Source: Lytechinus pictus
Lineage: Eukaryota
NCBI RefSeq assembly: GCF_037042905.1
Contig: NC_087251.1
Location: forward strand, 45,820,001-45,884,000
Direction of reading: 5' to 3'
Length of the DNA: 64,000 nt
In this document: piece after piece, positions 38,750 to 50,594 of the stretch
Position numbering within the stretch: the stretch's first letter is position 1
Layout of the letters: each line of letters opens with the position of its first letter
The notes under the pieces: generated by a model
Told to the model about the DNA's origin: nothing
The model's database searches: none
The model's input: only the letters and a program-made list of their open reading frames with translations
Translations under genes and position numbers: made by a program

Positions 38750-41700
38750 CTGTAAATATGAAATTTAAAAAGGGTGTAAATTATATTATTATAGAATTTT
38801 TCTTAAAACCATCCGATTAGCGTTTGACTTATTGACACCCAAATTAGAGAGAAAACATTGAATTAGATCAATAAAAAGATTATCAATAAAGTACCATGAA
38901 TATTTCGGCAAGTATTTAATTTGACCAACATGTTAAACATACCTTTCTTCGGTACTTCTCTTTATCCTCGGTGGAGAAGCAGAAGGAGAAGGGTTCGATT
39001 CGGGAACAAGCCAGCCCAAAGTCCACGATAACCGCTTGCCATCGTCCAGATGTAGCCTTTCGAAGCAAGCAGTTGTCTTCCTTGAGGTCGTTCATCAAGA
39101 AGCCTTTCTCGTGAATCACCCCAAGTGACTTGGCAATGTCGAGAGCCAGACTGAACCTAAAGAAAAGAAAAGACCGGAGGAAAAGAAAAGACAGGTGATG
39201 TAACGTGAAAAAATCCAAATAAAGATTTATACATGTACAAGCCTTATGCTGAAGAGTTAGAATAAATCATCAACTTACCACTCTTGTTGACTCAGTACTA
39301 ACTCTCTCATGCCACGGCTGAGTGTCCAGGTCTCTCCCGTAGTCGTGTCCCCGATGAAATCCATCGCAAGGCCAATCGTTCCTGTGCTGATCTCCAAGCA
39401 TCCAAGGAAAGTCGGGAAGCACTCCTCTCTACCAAGAACGTCGAGGATGAGAGCTTCGGACTGGATGACCTTGACCTATCGAAATGCGAATCAATGCAAA
39501 TAAAAACAAATTCTTTAAGAATGCTTTTTGTTACATCTTTTTTTTTTAATCTACGATTGCATCGTCTGGCCTTATACTGTCTAATGCGAAGCTCTATACG
39601 TTTTAATGTTTTTTTTTTTCAATAAGAGAGAACCAACCTTCGTAGTCATCTCCTCAAAATCGTTGGGGAGCTCGAAGGTCTTCAGTGCGATGGGATGGTC
39701 GGTCACACGATGACGGAAGAGATGGACTGTTCCGTTTACTCCGCTGCCCAGGAAGACGTCCCCACCTCCTGGTAGGAAGGACTTCAGATCGCCCATTGCC
39801 TGGACGAAGGAAGATGCCGGGACAAGGGCAGGGGCAGTTGAACCGCTGGAAGGAGATGTGGCAACACCAACAGCTGAGCTCACTGTTGAAGTTCTACAAA
39901 AAATGGTATAATAATGATAATCATAATAGTTTTCTTCTTTAATGAAAGCCTTTTTTATCTATTGAAGCGGAGGTGCGGATAAATAACATGCAAACTTCTG
40001 CAGTCTCAAAGTCCTGAATCATTCACAAAACTAATAGGGCACTGTTTTTTTATGTTTCATTTTTTAGGGCACCTGAATTTTAACAGAAATCAAGTAAGCA
40101 GCATGATTTGATTTTTACTAACAAAAAAGAATTATTGATAGTATAGTTAACTTAGTGCTTACGCAAGGGGTAATGGCATGGTGTCAATGGGGGCTGTATC
40201 TGGTGTAGGTGGGTTGTAAGGTGCTGTGTCTGGTGTAGATGGGTTGTATGGTGCTGTTTCTGGTGTAGATGGGTTGTAAGGTGCTGTGTCTGGTGTAGAT
40301 GGGTTGTATGGTGCTGTGTCTGGTGTAGATGGGTTGTATGGTGCTGTGTCTGGTGTAGAGGTGGGTGCTACTCCACGGTCTAATGGTGCTGAAGACAGTG
40401 GCTGGGGGTTGTCTCCAGAATACCTATAGGTGACAAAAAATTTGACTTTAATTGTTTAAGTAACCTTTTTCAATCGAACAAATTGGTATACGTCTGCCAG
40501 CTATCAAAATAATACAAATATTATTAATGTTTTTTCTGTAATTTACCTTTTTTGCCCTACATGTAATTTATTATTTTGTGACCTGGGCTTATTTAATTTT
40601 TTATGTATAAACATGTTTTTCTTTGTTTAATTTTTTATTTTGAATGAAATAAAATAAATTATTTTATTCCTTCGCATATATTTCATTTGCCTTTTCCACG
40701 CCAGAAAATATGTAAATGAATACATTTTTCCCAATAATTTGCATTTCTTTCATTTTATTTGACATTTACCAAGAGCCTCTGGTAGCTGCTCCATCGGCAG
40801 GAGAAGAGCTCTTAACTGGCTCCCAAGTCATATCCTTGGAAAACAGAAATATAGATTTAAAAAAAACAATCAAAATTTCACATTGGATAGATTCTAACAT
40901 TTACATTGTTTGATGAAATAGAAAATTTGGGATATAGTTCAGCCCTAAACATTATACCATTAAACAGTATGTTTCGTGTACATCAAATTATGAAAGAAAT
41001 TATTTCCAAAAAGCATGAGTTCAGTAAAACTTTGCATCCCTTCTGGTTAAATCATTGGAAAGAATAAGAAAGTATTTACTTGAAGATTCTTTAAAGCAGC
41101 ATCTCTCTGCTTTCTGGCCTCTGCCAGTTCCATCTTCAAGATCTGGACTTCGCTCTCTGAGTCCAGGAACCGATCTTGGAAAGCCTTGGCCTTCTTCTCT
41201 GCCTGTAGCCTCCTTCCCTCTGATTCTGTCACCAGAGAGTTGATCTTAGCGAGGAGGTCTGCGCTGTCTCCATCAGGTCCAACACCAAGCTGGGAAGCCA
41301 GGCTCTGTGTATTAAAGAAATAAATACAATTTTGTTATTTTTCACGTGGCAAGAATAAAACAAGAACTCTATCACTTACAATATATTTCTTTCACTTTTT
41401 ATTTCATTTCATAGAGGTCTATATCGGAAAAATCAAGCAATGCTGAATTCTTCACTTTTATTTGTAAAATATACCAGTAGACCTTTTATGCTAAAAATAT
41501 GTTATCATTATTTCTTTTGAAGGATTTTCCCCTAAAATTGAAAAGTACAAGTGAAATCTACATGGTAGATTCTAAATAGACGTACAGCAATCTTTTCCTG
41601 AAGTTGCTGTTTCTCCAGGGACTGTTGCAAGCACTGCAGAAGCAGCTTGCCCGACATGTTGCCAGCTGATGTGTTGGGAGAGATGATGGATGGGGAGAAA

Positions 41701-42708
41701 GTTGGATCCTGGTGAGACCAACACAGCTCCTATTTAAAATTGATCATTATTTTTTTTAAGATACTACATTGATGACATTTAAAAGCCTAACTGAAAGCAT
41801 TCATGGGTTTAAGAATTTAATATTTGAATTATCTAAATATTACCCTACCATTTCAGACCTATATATAAAATTTACAATTTTTCAAATTTAGCGGCCTCCG
41901 AGGTGGTTTTTTTTCTCTTTTATCCAATTTTTATTTTTTTAAATATTTTTTATACAAATTTAGTGACTGTATGCCAAAAAATGCATAAGAAGCTGTGTCC
42001 TGAAATTGCACCGCATTGCACGCTTGAGAAGTAGTTGAATTATTTTCATTGTCTATTCATTTATATTTTTGTTTTAATTGTTCATTTACTTTTTATTACT
42101 TTTTCATTTATTTATGTATTTATCACTTTTTATTCAATCATTTATCTATTTGTCTATTTTCCCTCCATGTTTTCATTCATCTATGTAACTTTTTTCTATT
42201 TATAATATTCATTCGTTAATAAATTATTCATTTATTCATTCTTTTATTATTTGTTTATTTATTTATTTTCATTCATTCATTTACTTTTTATGGATTGATT
42301 TATTTATGCATTAACTGTTATTTACTTATCTATTAATTCTTTTATTTATTTATTCATTTATCTATCACTTTGCTGTTTGCAAATAATTTTTTTTTAATTT
42401 TGATTTACCTTCAATCCATAATTATGATGTAGTTGATAAAGTTTTATATCATTATTGTTCAATCATAATGTAATGTCATATACTTCCAGATAAGACAACA
42501 TATAAATATTAAGTCTGGTACTTATTTCTTCATTTTATTTTTGTTCCATTCTTATTCTATTTCATTTACATATTTTAATTGCATATAATTTGCTTACATC
42601 CATGGAATTAACCATCGGTGATCTGATGGCCGGAGAAGCTGACCCAGTACGGGGAACTGGTCTCAGGACCCAGGGGGTAGGGGGACGGACAAGTCGATTG
42701 CAATACAT
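38534..42708 (-). CDS. Atypical Ser/Thr-type protein kinase with N-terminal coiled coil and STPDTAPYNP repeat, 9 coding exons, 562 aa
   Basis: complement(join(38534..38749,38943..39156,39279..39475,39638..39893,40163..40423,40770..40834,41080..41304,41586..41729,42598..42708)) = 1689 nt, open, all GT-AG. Motifs: GSGVNG loop, IALK, alphaC Glu (QSEAL), MNDLKEDN, DFG, IAPE, SDVFQLG, RP. Confidence 0.88.
38943..39156 (-). CDS. Kinase coding exon 8 (catalytic loop MNDLKEDN, DFG)
   Basis: ctttag acceptor, gtatgt donor. Confidence 0.92.
39279..39475 (-). CDS. Kinase coding exon 7 (VKVIQSEALIL...LAMDFIG...QQE)
   Basis: cgatag acceptor, gtaagt donor; alphaC to hinge region. Confidence 0.88.
39638..39893 (-). 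CDS. Kinase coding exon 6 (Gly-loop LGSGVNGTV, IALK)
   Basis: ttgtag acceptor, gttggt donor. Confidence 0.9.
40163..40423 (-). CDS. Kinase coding exon 5 carrying the 30-bp tandem repeat (STPDTAPYNP x5)
   Basis: ctatag acceptor, gtaagc donor; open frame. Confidence 0.82.
40770..40834 (-). CDS. Kinase coding exon 4 (DMTWEPVKSSSPADGAATRGS)
   Basis: ttttccaag acceptor, gtaaat donor; phase 2 is required to join the next exon in frame. Confidence 0.75.
41080..41304 (-). CDS. Kinase coding exon 3, coiled coil (SLASQLG...ELAEARKQRDAALKNLQ)
   Basis: acacag acceptor, gtaaat donor; 75 codons. Confidence 0.85.
41586..41729 (-). CDS. Kinase coding exon 2 (ELCWSHQDP...QQLQEKIA)
   Basis: aaatag acceptor, gtacgt donor; 48 open codons; GC-rich island in AT-rich intron. 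Confidence 0.8.
42598..42708 (-). CDS. Kinase coding exon 1 (MYCNRLVRPPTPW...NSMD)
   Basis: Acceptor at 42736-42737, ATG at 42708, donor gtaagc at 42597; phase 0. Confidence 0.72.
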
Positions 42709-43318
42709 CGCCAAAATATGTTTCCCGTGATCAAACTAAAAGAAACTTTGTTCTAATATGAGAGAAATTGGAAAGTGAGTAGAATTGAAAAGGAAAAAGA
42801 GAAATATAAATTCAAACGTGTGTTTCAGTCACGTGACCGGTATGCATGGCAGAGGTAGATGTCCCAAACTGAAGATAATTCTTTTTATAGATTTGTCAAA
42901 ATAAATTTAGTGTACAAAGTTGTGTGAAATTCAATTTGTGAGACACTGCTTAACAATATGAAATTTATCACTTTTGTATTCTTGAATTCAGTATGCCCAT
43001 CTGAAGTTTAAGATATAGCAAAGATTTGCGATATAGGCCTAGATCTAGATCTAGTCCATCGGCCCAGGAGTTAGATTCAAAATCAAATGAAACTCAAAAT
43101 TGATATTGATCTAGATTTTAGATCAGTCTCAATTTGAATTTGATTTGAATACACATCGCTCTTCATTCTATATGTCTAGGCCCTACCGTGGTCTACGGAC
43201 TTTACAAACTGATCGATTATGCACGACCGACATCGAAAACATGAAATTTTACATTTTATCATGTCATATTTTTGTTCACTAAGTTTTGAATATTCATTAT
43301 TTTTTTCTCCAAACTTAC

Positions 43319-43640
43319 TCAAATTATCAAGAAATATCTAACGATATGATACTGACCTGACAATTAGCAAAAATGACTTGAAAAGTGCAAGCAAAATTAG
43401 TGAAAACTGTCAAAAATTTGGCAGTGGGTTCTCGAGAGAGCAAGTTTGCAAAGAGAATGGGGTTTGTTTACAAACACTTGTTACCAGGCAGGGCGCGTGA
43501 GGGGTGCAGCTGTTACCAGGGCGTGGTCACATTTGCGCTGCGCCGTTATTCAGCGCTGGCATGCTATTGGCGCATTTTCATAAGCGTTCTTTACACAGTC
43601 GGCTGGCTTTGTACTTTTCAAGATATATATTATTACGTCA
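43319..43640 (-). promoter_or_regulatory. Probable non-coding first exon and promoter of the kinase gene
   Basis: gtaagt donor on - at 43318; CpG/GC-rich patch 43480-43600 with a GC-box-like GGGCGTGG and E-box CAGCTG. Confidence 0.5.
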
Positions 43641-43759
43641 CCTTTCAAGGATGGCGTAATAATAAAAATGACCTTTAGCATGTAACTTTGATTCAACTCA
43701 TACTTCATAAAAGGGGGACTGTCTGGCTGGTCTAGCTACATGAAAATGATATGGCACAA

Positions 43760-44215
43760 TCTAAAAGTGTGATGTACATTTGAAAAGTATTTTTTTAAGA
43801 AATGAGGAAAATCCATTAGAGATTAAAGAATTTATTTATAATTTCAAGTTTTGGATTTGTGACGTCATAAACGAGCAGCTGCCCATTATCTAAAAAATAT
43901 AAAATTCATAAATTTCTAATTTTTAATGGTTCGTGATGACTTATTTTGTTTTCTTTTTAAGAACGGGTGTAAAATGGTTTGTCTATTGATATACTGAATG
44001 TACAGTAAAACAAAAAAAAATATTAAATTTTCGTTGATTTTTTACTACTCGATATGTAGGAAAGCTGCTTGCATATAACGTCACAAATCAAACAATTTAA
44101 ATTCTAATAACTTTTTATTCTTTGATGGATTTTTCTCAAACCTTCGGCAATATTTTTAATTTGTTTTCTGCTATTTAAAAAAAAAACTTTTTGTCTGGGT
44201 GGACTTCCCCTTTAA
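43760..44215. mobile_element. Kolobok-like TTAA MITE, family C (partial)
   Basis: Ends gggtggacttcccct-ttaa; related copy at about 51950-52350. Confidence 0.65.
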
Positions 44216-44979
44216 TGAATCGGTACCCTGATCCTAATAAAAGAAAGCCCTTCCCATTTTTATTCACCCAAATAGATAATACCTTCCTTTGTCGTGATTG
44301 TAATGTAGTTTGAACCTGTTCTGCTCAAGTGCATTCTTTTATAGGGCCTACTAAACTGGTTTGTTGAACGCCTTCTACTTGATGCGTGCATTTCCAGTAA
44401 TAATTATACTGAATGTACCGTGTACACATCGGCCTACCAATAGCTCAAGCCTACTGTAACTTCTGACAGTTTTTTTTTTTTTACATTTGTACTCATTTGA
44501 TTTGTTCATTATACATTTTGGTTGAATCTGCTTCACTTTTGTTCATCCTCATCTTTTCGATCCTATAGAATTTTACATATCTGGTTCGAATTTCAGATTC
44601 AATTTCATCGGCATGGTCATGATCTGTTATGTTATATGCTTCTATCAGATTTGTTTAGTTGTCTATTATTATGTTAGTATATGCTTCATTTTAATTTACA
44701 AAGAAAAGAAGATTACACGCCATTACACTTCACTGTATTCTTTAACCCCCCCCCCCCCAAAAAAAAAAAAAAGCATGCTCATCCAAACTACTATTCCGGT
44801 AAAATCTGGTTTTATGTACAGACAAAATTACGTGTCATTAATCAGATACCACGTGATGCTATTGCCTTGCCACTCGATCAAAATTGGTATCAAATATATA
44901 TTTTATTTCAATCTGTTGTTATAAGGGTTTGTTTAGTTCCATTTATTTAATCATCTATTCCGATTCCAGTTTTCCAATT

Positions 44980-45483
44980 TTCATACTTTTTAAAATTCAA
45001 TTTTTATTTTGATAATGCACGTACTAGAGATGATTCAGAGTAGAAAAAAATTCATTCATGTGTTTTGTAATATAGGGGAGAACCAAATACAGAATAGGCT
45101 GTTGATCTCTTTTTGGTAATCATGTTCAAAATTTCTTCAGATTAGTTAATTCTTTTACGAATATTCTATATTGATGTGAATAAGATGTTGAATTACAGTG
45201 AGAAGTGATACCTTTTTTTTTACACTTTAAAGAATTAATTATAATTTTACAAATTGTTTCTTCGTTCATTTTGCCATTTAGTGTTGCTACTGCATGTTTG
45301 ATGCAAGATGAAAAGAAGCATATAATTTTCCTGATTTCAAGAAATTTGAAAACATGATTTATCTGAATACAAAATTTTATTAAAGTTATCAAACAACATA
45401 ATTATGTGAATATGCACCTGTGTCTGGAATAATAATATGTTAAATTGAAATAAGCAAACTTAAACATATTTTTAACCAAAAGG
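44980..45483. repeat. Direct repeat copy 2 (upstream of the kinase gene)
   Basis: See copy 1; homology stops at inserted repeats near 45490. Confidence 0.85.
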
Positions 45484-47024
45484 ATGGGTAAGCAGGGGTA
45501 TATAGCTATAGGCCTTTTCCAGTGGGGATGGGGGTGGAGGCCCTTGATTACCGACAGATATCTTTTTTAAAGATGTTTTATTGTTTTTCTCTAAAATCAA
45601 ATTTCTTACAATGCAGTTCACAAAAGTAACTATTGTAAAGAATATTTCGAAAAAAATTCTTAAACTCTTATATACATTATGCACATCATGAAATATTATT
45701 CTAAGACACTGCATCGTACCAGATGAGTTTGTCAAACAAATATCAGAGAAAAAAACTTATAAAAGTATATGCGGTTGTACCTGCCCCCTCCTTACCCACC
45801 CCCCTTCCCTCCGCAAACCCCCACACTTCACACCCTCAAACACTCATACACTTAATACGCCCTTGCATATGGTGCCCGCGTTCCGTTTGAAACAAGAAAA
45901 ACACCATAAATTAACGAACATAATCTCGTGAGCTCTGTCGCCTCCATATTCTTGTAAGGAAATGTTCCCATTCCCTTATATGGCTTGATAATAATTTACC
46001 CCGCGTTAGTGCTAAAATTTTCTCTTCACGTTCATTTTCTAATATCTTCTCTCTAATTTCATTGGGACTTGGTAGTCTTTTTTTAGTCCTGCTGTAAGCA
46101 AAGATCAGATATTTTATTAAAAGAATAATGTGATTAATTTTCTGTTCCTTCCCTATATTTAGCATGCTTAACACCAATGTGTATATCCACCCACCTGGAA
46201 TTTGTTATTTCATACATATTGAATAAGTTACCACAATCTATCCATAAGTCTCTCGTCTTTTCACATGTAAAAAACAGATGCTCGTATAAGTTTCTTCAGT
46301 ATGCACAAAGTGAACATTCACTATCTGAGGAAATTTCGAATAAGTGTAGATATTTCTTCATGTATATTAATTCATAAAGCATTTTAAATTGAAACTCTCT
46401 AAAGCCTACTGCTTAGAGAACATTTTCTGGTTCTTGAAAATATAGCACAAATATCTTTTTCGGAGTAATTATATGTCTTCTCTATATTATTATTTAAACG
46501 CATACGATTTTACAAATTTAGTACTTAAAAGTGCATTGTATATTTTCTTGGATGTCACGTTTGGTAAACTGTTAGTCTTACCATTAAATATACATTTTAG
46601 ATTTAGACCAGTGTCTTCACAGTTGTCTTTTTTCTTCAAAATGTGTTTCCATGTTGCTGGAATATTTTCAAAAACTTTATAAACTTTATCTATTTCATTT
46701 CCATCTAACCCCATTCTCAGAAAGTCTCTAGGAGATTTGATGTTACCTTCCCTGTCGATGTAATTTATATATATTTTAAAGAAATAAGTTATCATCAAAT
46801 TGCATTTGCCCGTCTTAGACTTAGTCGAATAAGTTGGCCGAAACTAAAGTAACCAGGCATTGCCATTAGGCCCTGTCATAGCCTAGTACCGGTATGTGTT
46901 TAAAAATATCTAATCTCTTTTAGATGTTTCTTTTTTAAGAAGTACTTCTTTGGTAGCGGCCCAAATTTCCAACATATCCATATAAAATTTTGGTAATGAT
47001 ATTTTACAAATATTCAGTGAAGTA

Positions 47025-49305
47025 TTAGTATACAAATAAATCAGGCTTTGAGAAAATATAGTTGGAATTATTTATCCGAGGCGAGGTTGGACTGGCAATT
47101 ACCGGTACGGTACTAATACTATTTTTCCCGAGGAGCGAAGCCCCGAGGGAAAAATTGTTACATTGCCAGTCCAACCGAGGATTAATAATTCCCACTATGC
47201 TTTCGAAAGAAACGCCTGATATATTTGTTTTATATCCCTCCAGTCCTTGCTGATTTTTAACCAATCTCGAACAAATCTAACGTTGCCGGACCTAGTCCTA
47301 CTCTAGCTGTCGAGCTATAATTTGCTAGACAGTTCATGGGTAGGCTGCGCGCGGCTTCTACACGACTGCACTTAATGAGAGGTCCGCTGCGCTGCGTTGC
47401 CGCAGTGGCACCATAGAGTGGCACTCAAAATAAATACCGGTACCGTACGCGCAGTTAAAATGTATGCTCTAAGTCTAACGTTAAAAATTCATATCGGATC
47501 TTGACTCACCTTGTTAGGTATGTTTATTCCATATTTAAGGATCCTGTATGAATGGCCGTCGGAATTATATTTTCTGCATTGTAATCTAGACCCAATTCCA
47601 CACTGTTTTTCAGATTGTCGGCACGGTAATTTGGGCGAGAGCTTGTATTTTACTTTACTTTTTGCGGATCGATGATCGATACCTTGATCGATACATACCG
47701 GTACGGTATTCAGCTCGATGGCAGAACATTATTTGATGAAAATTTGTTTTTGAAAGATATATATCGACTACACCATATTTGTGATGAAAAAGGGCTATTG
47801 AAAAATGACGCTTATTTTATTTTAAAGGGTTTAAGTAAAGAAGAAATTACAAAAATTGGAAAAATATATTCAATAATTCCTCATGAATGGAAAAGAAACG
47901 TTCAGCCGGAAAGGAAGTCTATCCACTGTGGCCTCAGCCTAGAAATAGTATTTACAAATAAAGTTTATAAATTTGAAGAAATAAATGCAAAAATGGTGTA
48001 TAGAAGTCAAATAAGCAATAACGTGGAAATTAGCTCTGCTTTTATAACTTAATGGAAGTTTATAATATAACAGTTAAGGAAGTGGAAAAGATTTTTGTTC
48101 AGCCAAGGTTGTGCACATTAGTTAGCAAATTGAGAGAGTTTCAGTTTAAATTATTGTATAGAATAGTCTATACGAACCATCATCTACACAGATTCAAACT
48201 TCGGACAAATGGGTTGTGTTCATATTATAATATTTTAGAAGAAACATATCAACATGTATTTTTTTAGTGTAATATAATTAAAAGACTGTGGGAGAAATGT
48301 GCTGATAAATTAAACTTACCGTTTCTTAAGAGAATAACTTGGAAACAAATTCATATCGGAATAAATGGAACTAATGTAAAAACAGAACAATTATTAAACC
48401 ACATTATAATTTTGATAAAATTCATGATCTTCCATGGTAGAGAAAAGGGGTTACCTCCAAATGTAAAGGAAATTAGAGATAGATTAATTGAAAATAGAAA
48501 AGAAGAGAAACGGCTTGCAACCAAAAGGGGAACTTAATTTGGCATTTCATTTAAGAAAATGGGAGCACTTTGACGAATCAGCCTCACAGTCTTCAACCAC
48601 TTAGTAGGGTTTTTTTTTTTTTTTTTTTTTTTACCTTTATTTTTCTTATTCTTTATTCGTCGTTTATGGGGGTTGGGGGGTTTTAAGCGTAGCTAAGGTT
48701 TTTTTTTTAAGTTGTGTGTATGTTTGTTTGTTTGTTTGTTCTTTTTTTTTAAATATAACTTCCTCATTAATCAGTTTGAGTGAAGAGTATAACGAGGGAG
48801 AAAAAAGAATGTTGCATAACTTGAGTTTTATATACAGATTATAAGTGTATTTCCGTAATTCAGCTATGTTGTACCCGGATTCTGTTCTGTATTAATCCCT
48901 TTCGTTATTATAAGTTTAAATTTGAAATTCATATATATTCCTTTTCTCACTATATTAAAAGGTTCATGCGTAAACTTGAAACAATTATGTTAATGATGTC
49001 ATGTTTATATTTATTTTTTACATGTGATATGAGGAAGAAATAAAATATGATTAAAAAAAAAAAGTATATGGGTAAGTCAGGGAGCATGCGCAATTCAAAG
49101 TTGAGAGAAAATATCGAGCATGAGCATGCGCAGTTATGCCCATGAAAGTATATCGAAAAATATACGGAGCTACAAGAAAACTATACGGAGCTAATTGCAG
49201 CGATGTGTTTTCCTATTGAAATTATACTTTGTCACATGATCACGAATTGACCAACCGTTTATCTAGAATACTCATGAATATTTACAAGAGGGATATAATG
49301 AATAA
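47025..49305. mobile_element. Crypton-like non-autonomous insertion, itself interrupted by a LINE
   Basis: Hairpin-rich left end (tatccgaggcgaggttggactggcaat...cgaagccccgagg...attgccagtccaaccgaggat); inverted motifs agtatacaaataaa / tttatctagaatact and tatatccctc / gagggatata. The classification is inference. Confidence 0.45.
47715..49063 (+). mobile_element. 5'-truncated L1/Tx1 LINE 3' end, a second family
   Basis: IPHEWKR, KLREFQFKLLYRIVYTN, CS...EETYQHVFF; AATAAA and poly-A at 49038-49063. Confidence 0.85.
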
Positions 49306-50594
49306 TAACATAAGTCCTCCTACACCACGGGTTCCATATATAAAAAAAACGTTTCCATCCTATTCTGAAATCTCCTGTCAAAAGCCTTTTCAGCCACATG
49401 ACTCTTTGTGCATATACAAATAAATGAAAATCAATAATTTTAAGTCCTCCCCTTTCGTACTCCATAGACATCACGTTTCTTTTGACCTTATCTTTACCAT
49501 TCCATAAGAAATCAAACATTAAATTTTCGATCTCCTCAGACGCCCATATTGGAACTGGTAAAAGTGAAGACACATAATTCATTTTAGAAAGTGCAAATGT
49601 TTTTAGAAGTTGTATTTTTCCCATCAGGATGAGATCTCTTTGCTTCCACCATATTAATATTTTTTTTATTTTACTTAAAATCTCTTCGTAATTAACTGCA
49701 TTTTCCTGAATTTCTACATCTAATGAAAAAGTTATTCCCAATATTTTAATAGCTTCAACTAATTTACCAAGTGGAACTTCAATATTCTTTTAGAAAGAGG
49801 ATCCAACGCTAATATAAATGTTTTGTCTTTATTCATTTTTAAGCCAGAAATCTTAGCAAAATCTCCAAATATTTTTCCGATTCTATCAATAGATTGGGAA
49901 TCCCTCACAAAAAGTGTCATATCATCCGCGTAGAGCGCTTGTTTGACTGCTACATTACCAAAGCTGATTTCGTGGATGGATTTATCTTTATGAATGGTAT
50001 TAGCAAGGACCTCGATACAAAGTATAAATAAATAAGGAGAGAGGGGATCCCCCTGTCTCAAACCTCTTTCAACATTAAAATATCCTGTCGATATACCCCC
50101 ATTAAATACGCAACTCAAGGCATTTTTATATAATGTTTTGATCCAGCTGCAAAATGAGGATCCGAAGCCAAAAGAACGTAAAAAGTTTTGCAAAAAGATG
50201 TGCGAGACCGAATCAAAGCTTTTTCAAAATCTATTGCCATTAAGAAACCATGTGCATTATTTTACCCTGTATAGTATATCATATCGTCAATCAATCTTAT
50301 TGCATCTCCTATGTTTCTATCCTTTATATAACCAACTTGGTCGAGAAAAATTATTTCATGTAATATCTTTTCAATTCTATTTGATAGTACTTTAGTTAAA
50401 ATTTTGTAATCAACATTTAATAGTGAAATTGGTCTATAATTTTTTTATTAGCAGGAGATCTTTCCCTTCTTTGACAAACATAATCATAATAGCTTGCTTC
50501 TGAGATGATGAAAGTTCTCCTTTAGACTTAGCCTCATTCAAATATCAGTACCGATTACTGACGTCCGACGACCAATACTCATCTATATCCAACC

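Larger units (their letters stand above)
45563..50540 (-). mobile_element. Degenerate L1/Tx1-clade LINE (RT and C-terminal Cys-rich region), interrupted at about 47025-49300
   Basis: RGLRQGDPLSPYLF, LYADDMTLF, FDFLWNGKDKVKR, GGLK, LPKFYMDMLEIW, LREFQFK; frameshifts and stops; AATAAA plus A-tail near 45565-45585. Confidence 0.9.

Noticed and set aside
38516..39942. Plus-strand ORFs over the kinase exons
   Set aside because: Antisense shadows of the minus-strand coding exons.
37930..45483. LTR retrotransposon carrying a kinase
   Set aside because: No TG...CA ends, primer-binding site, polypurine tract, TSD or gag/pol were seen, and the enclosed gene retains its introns.
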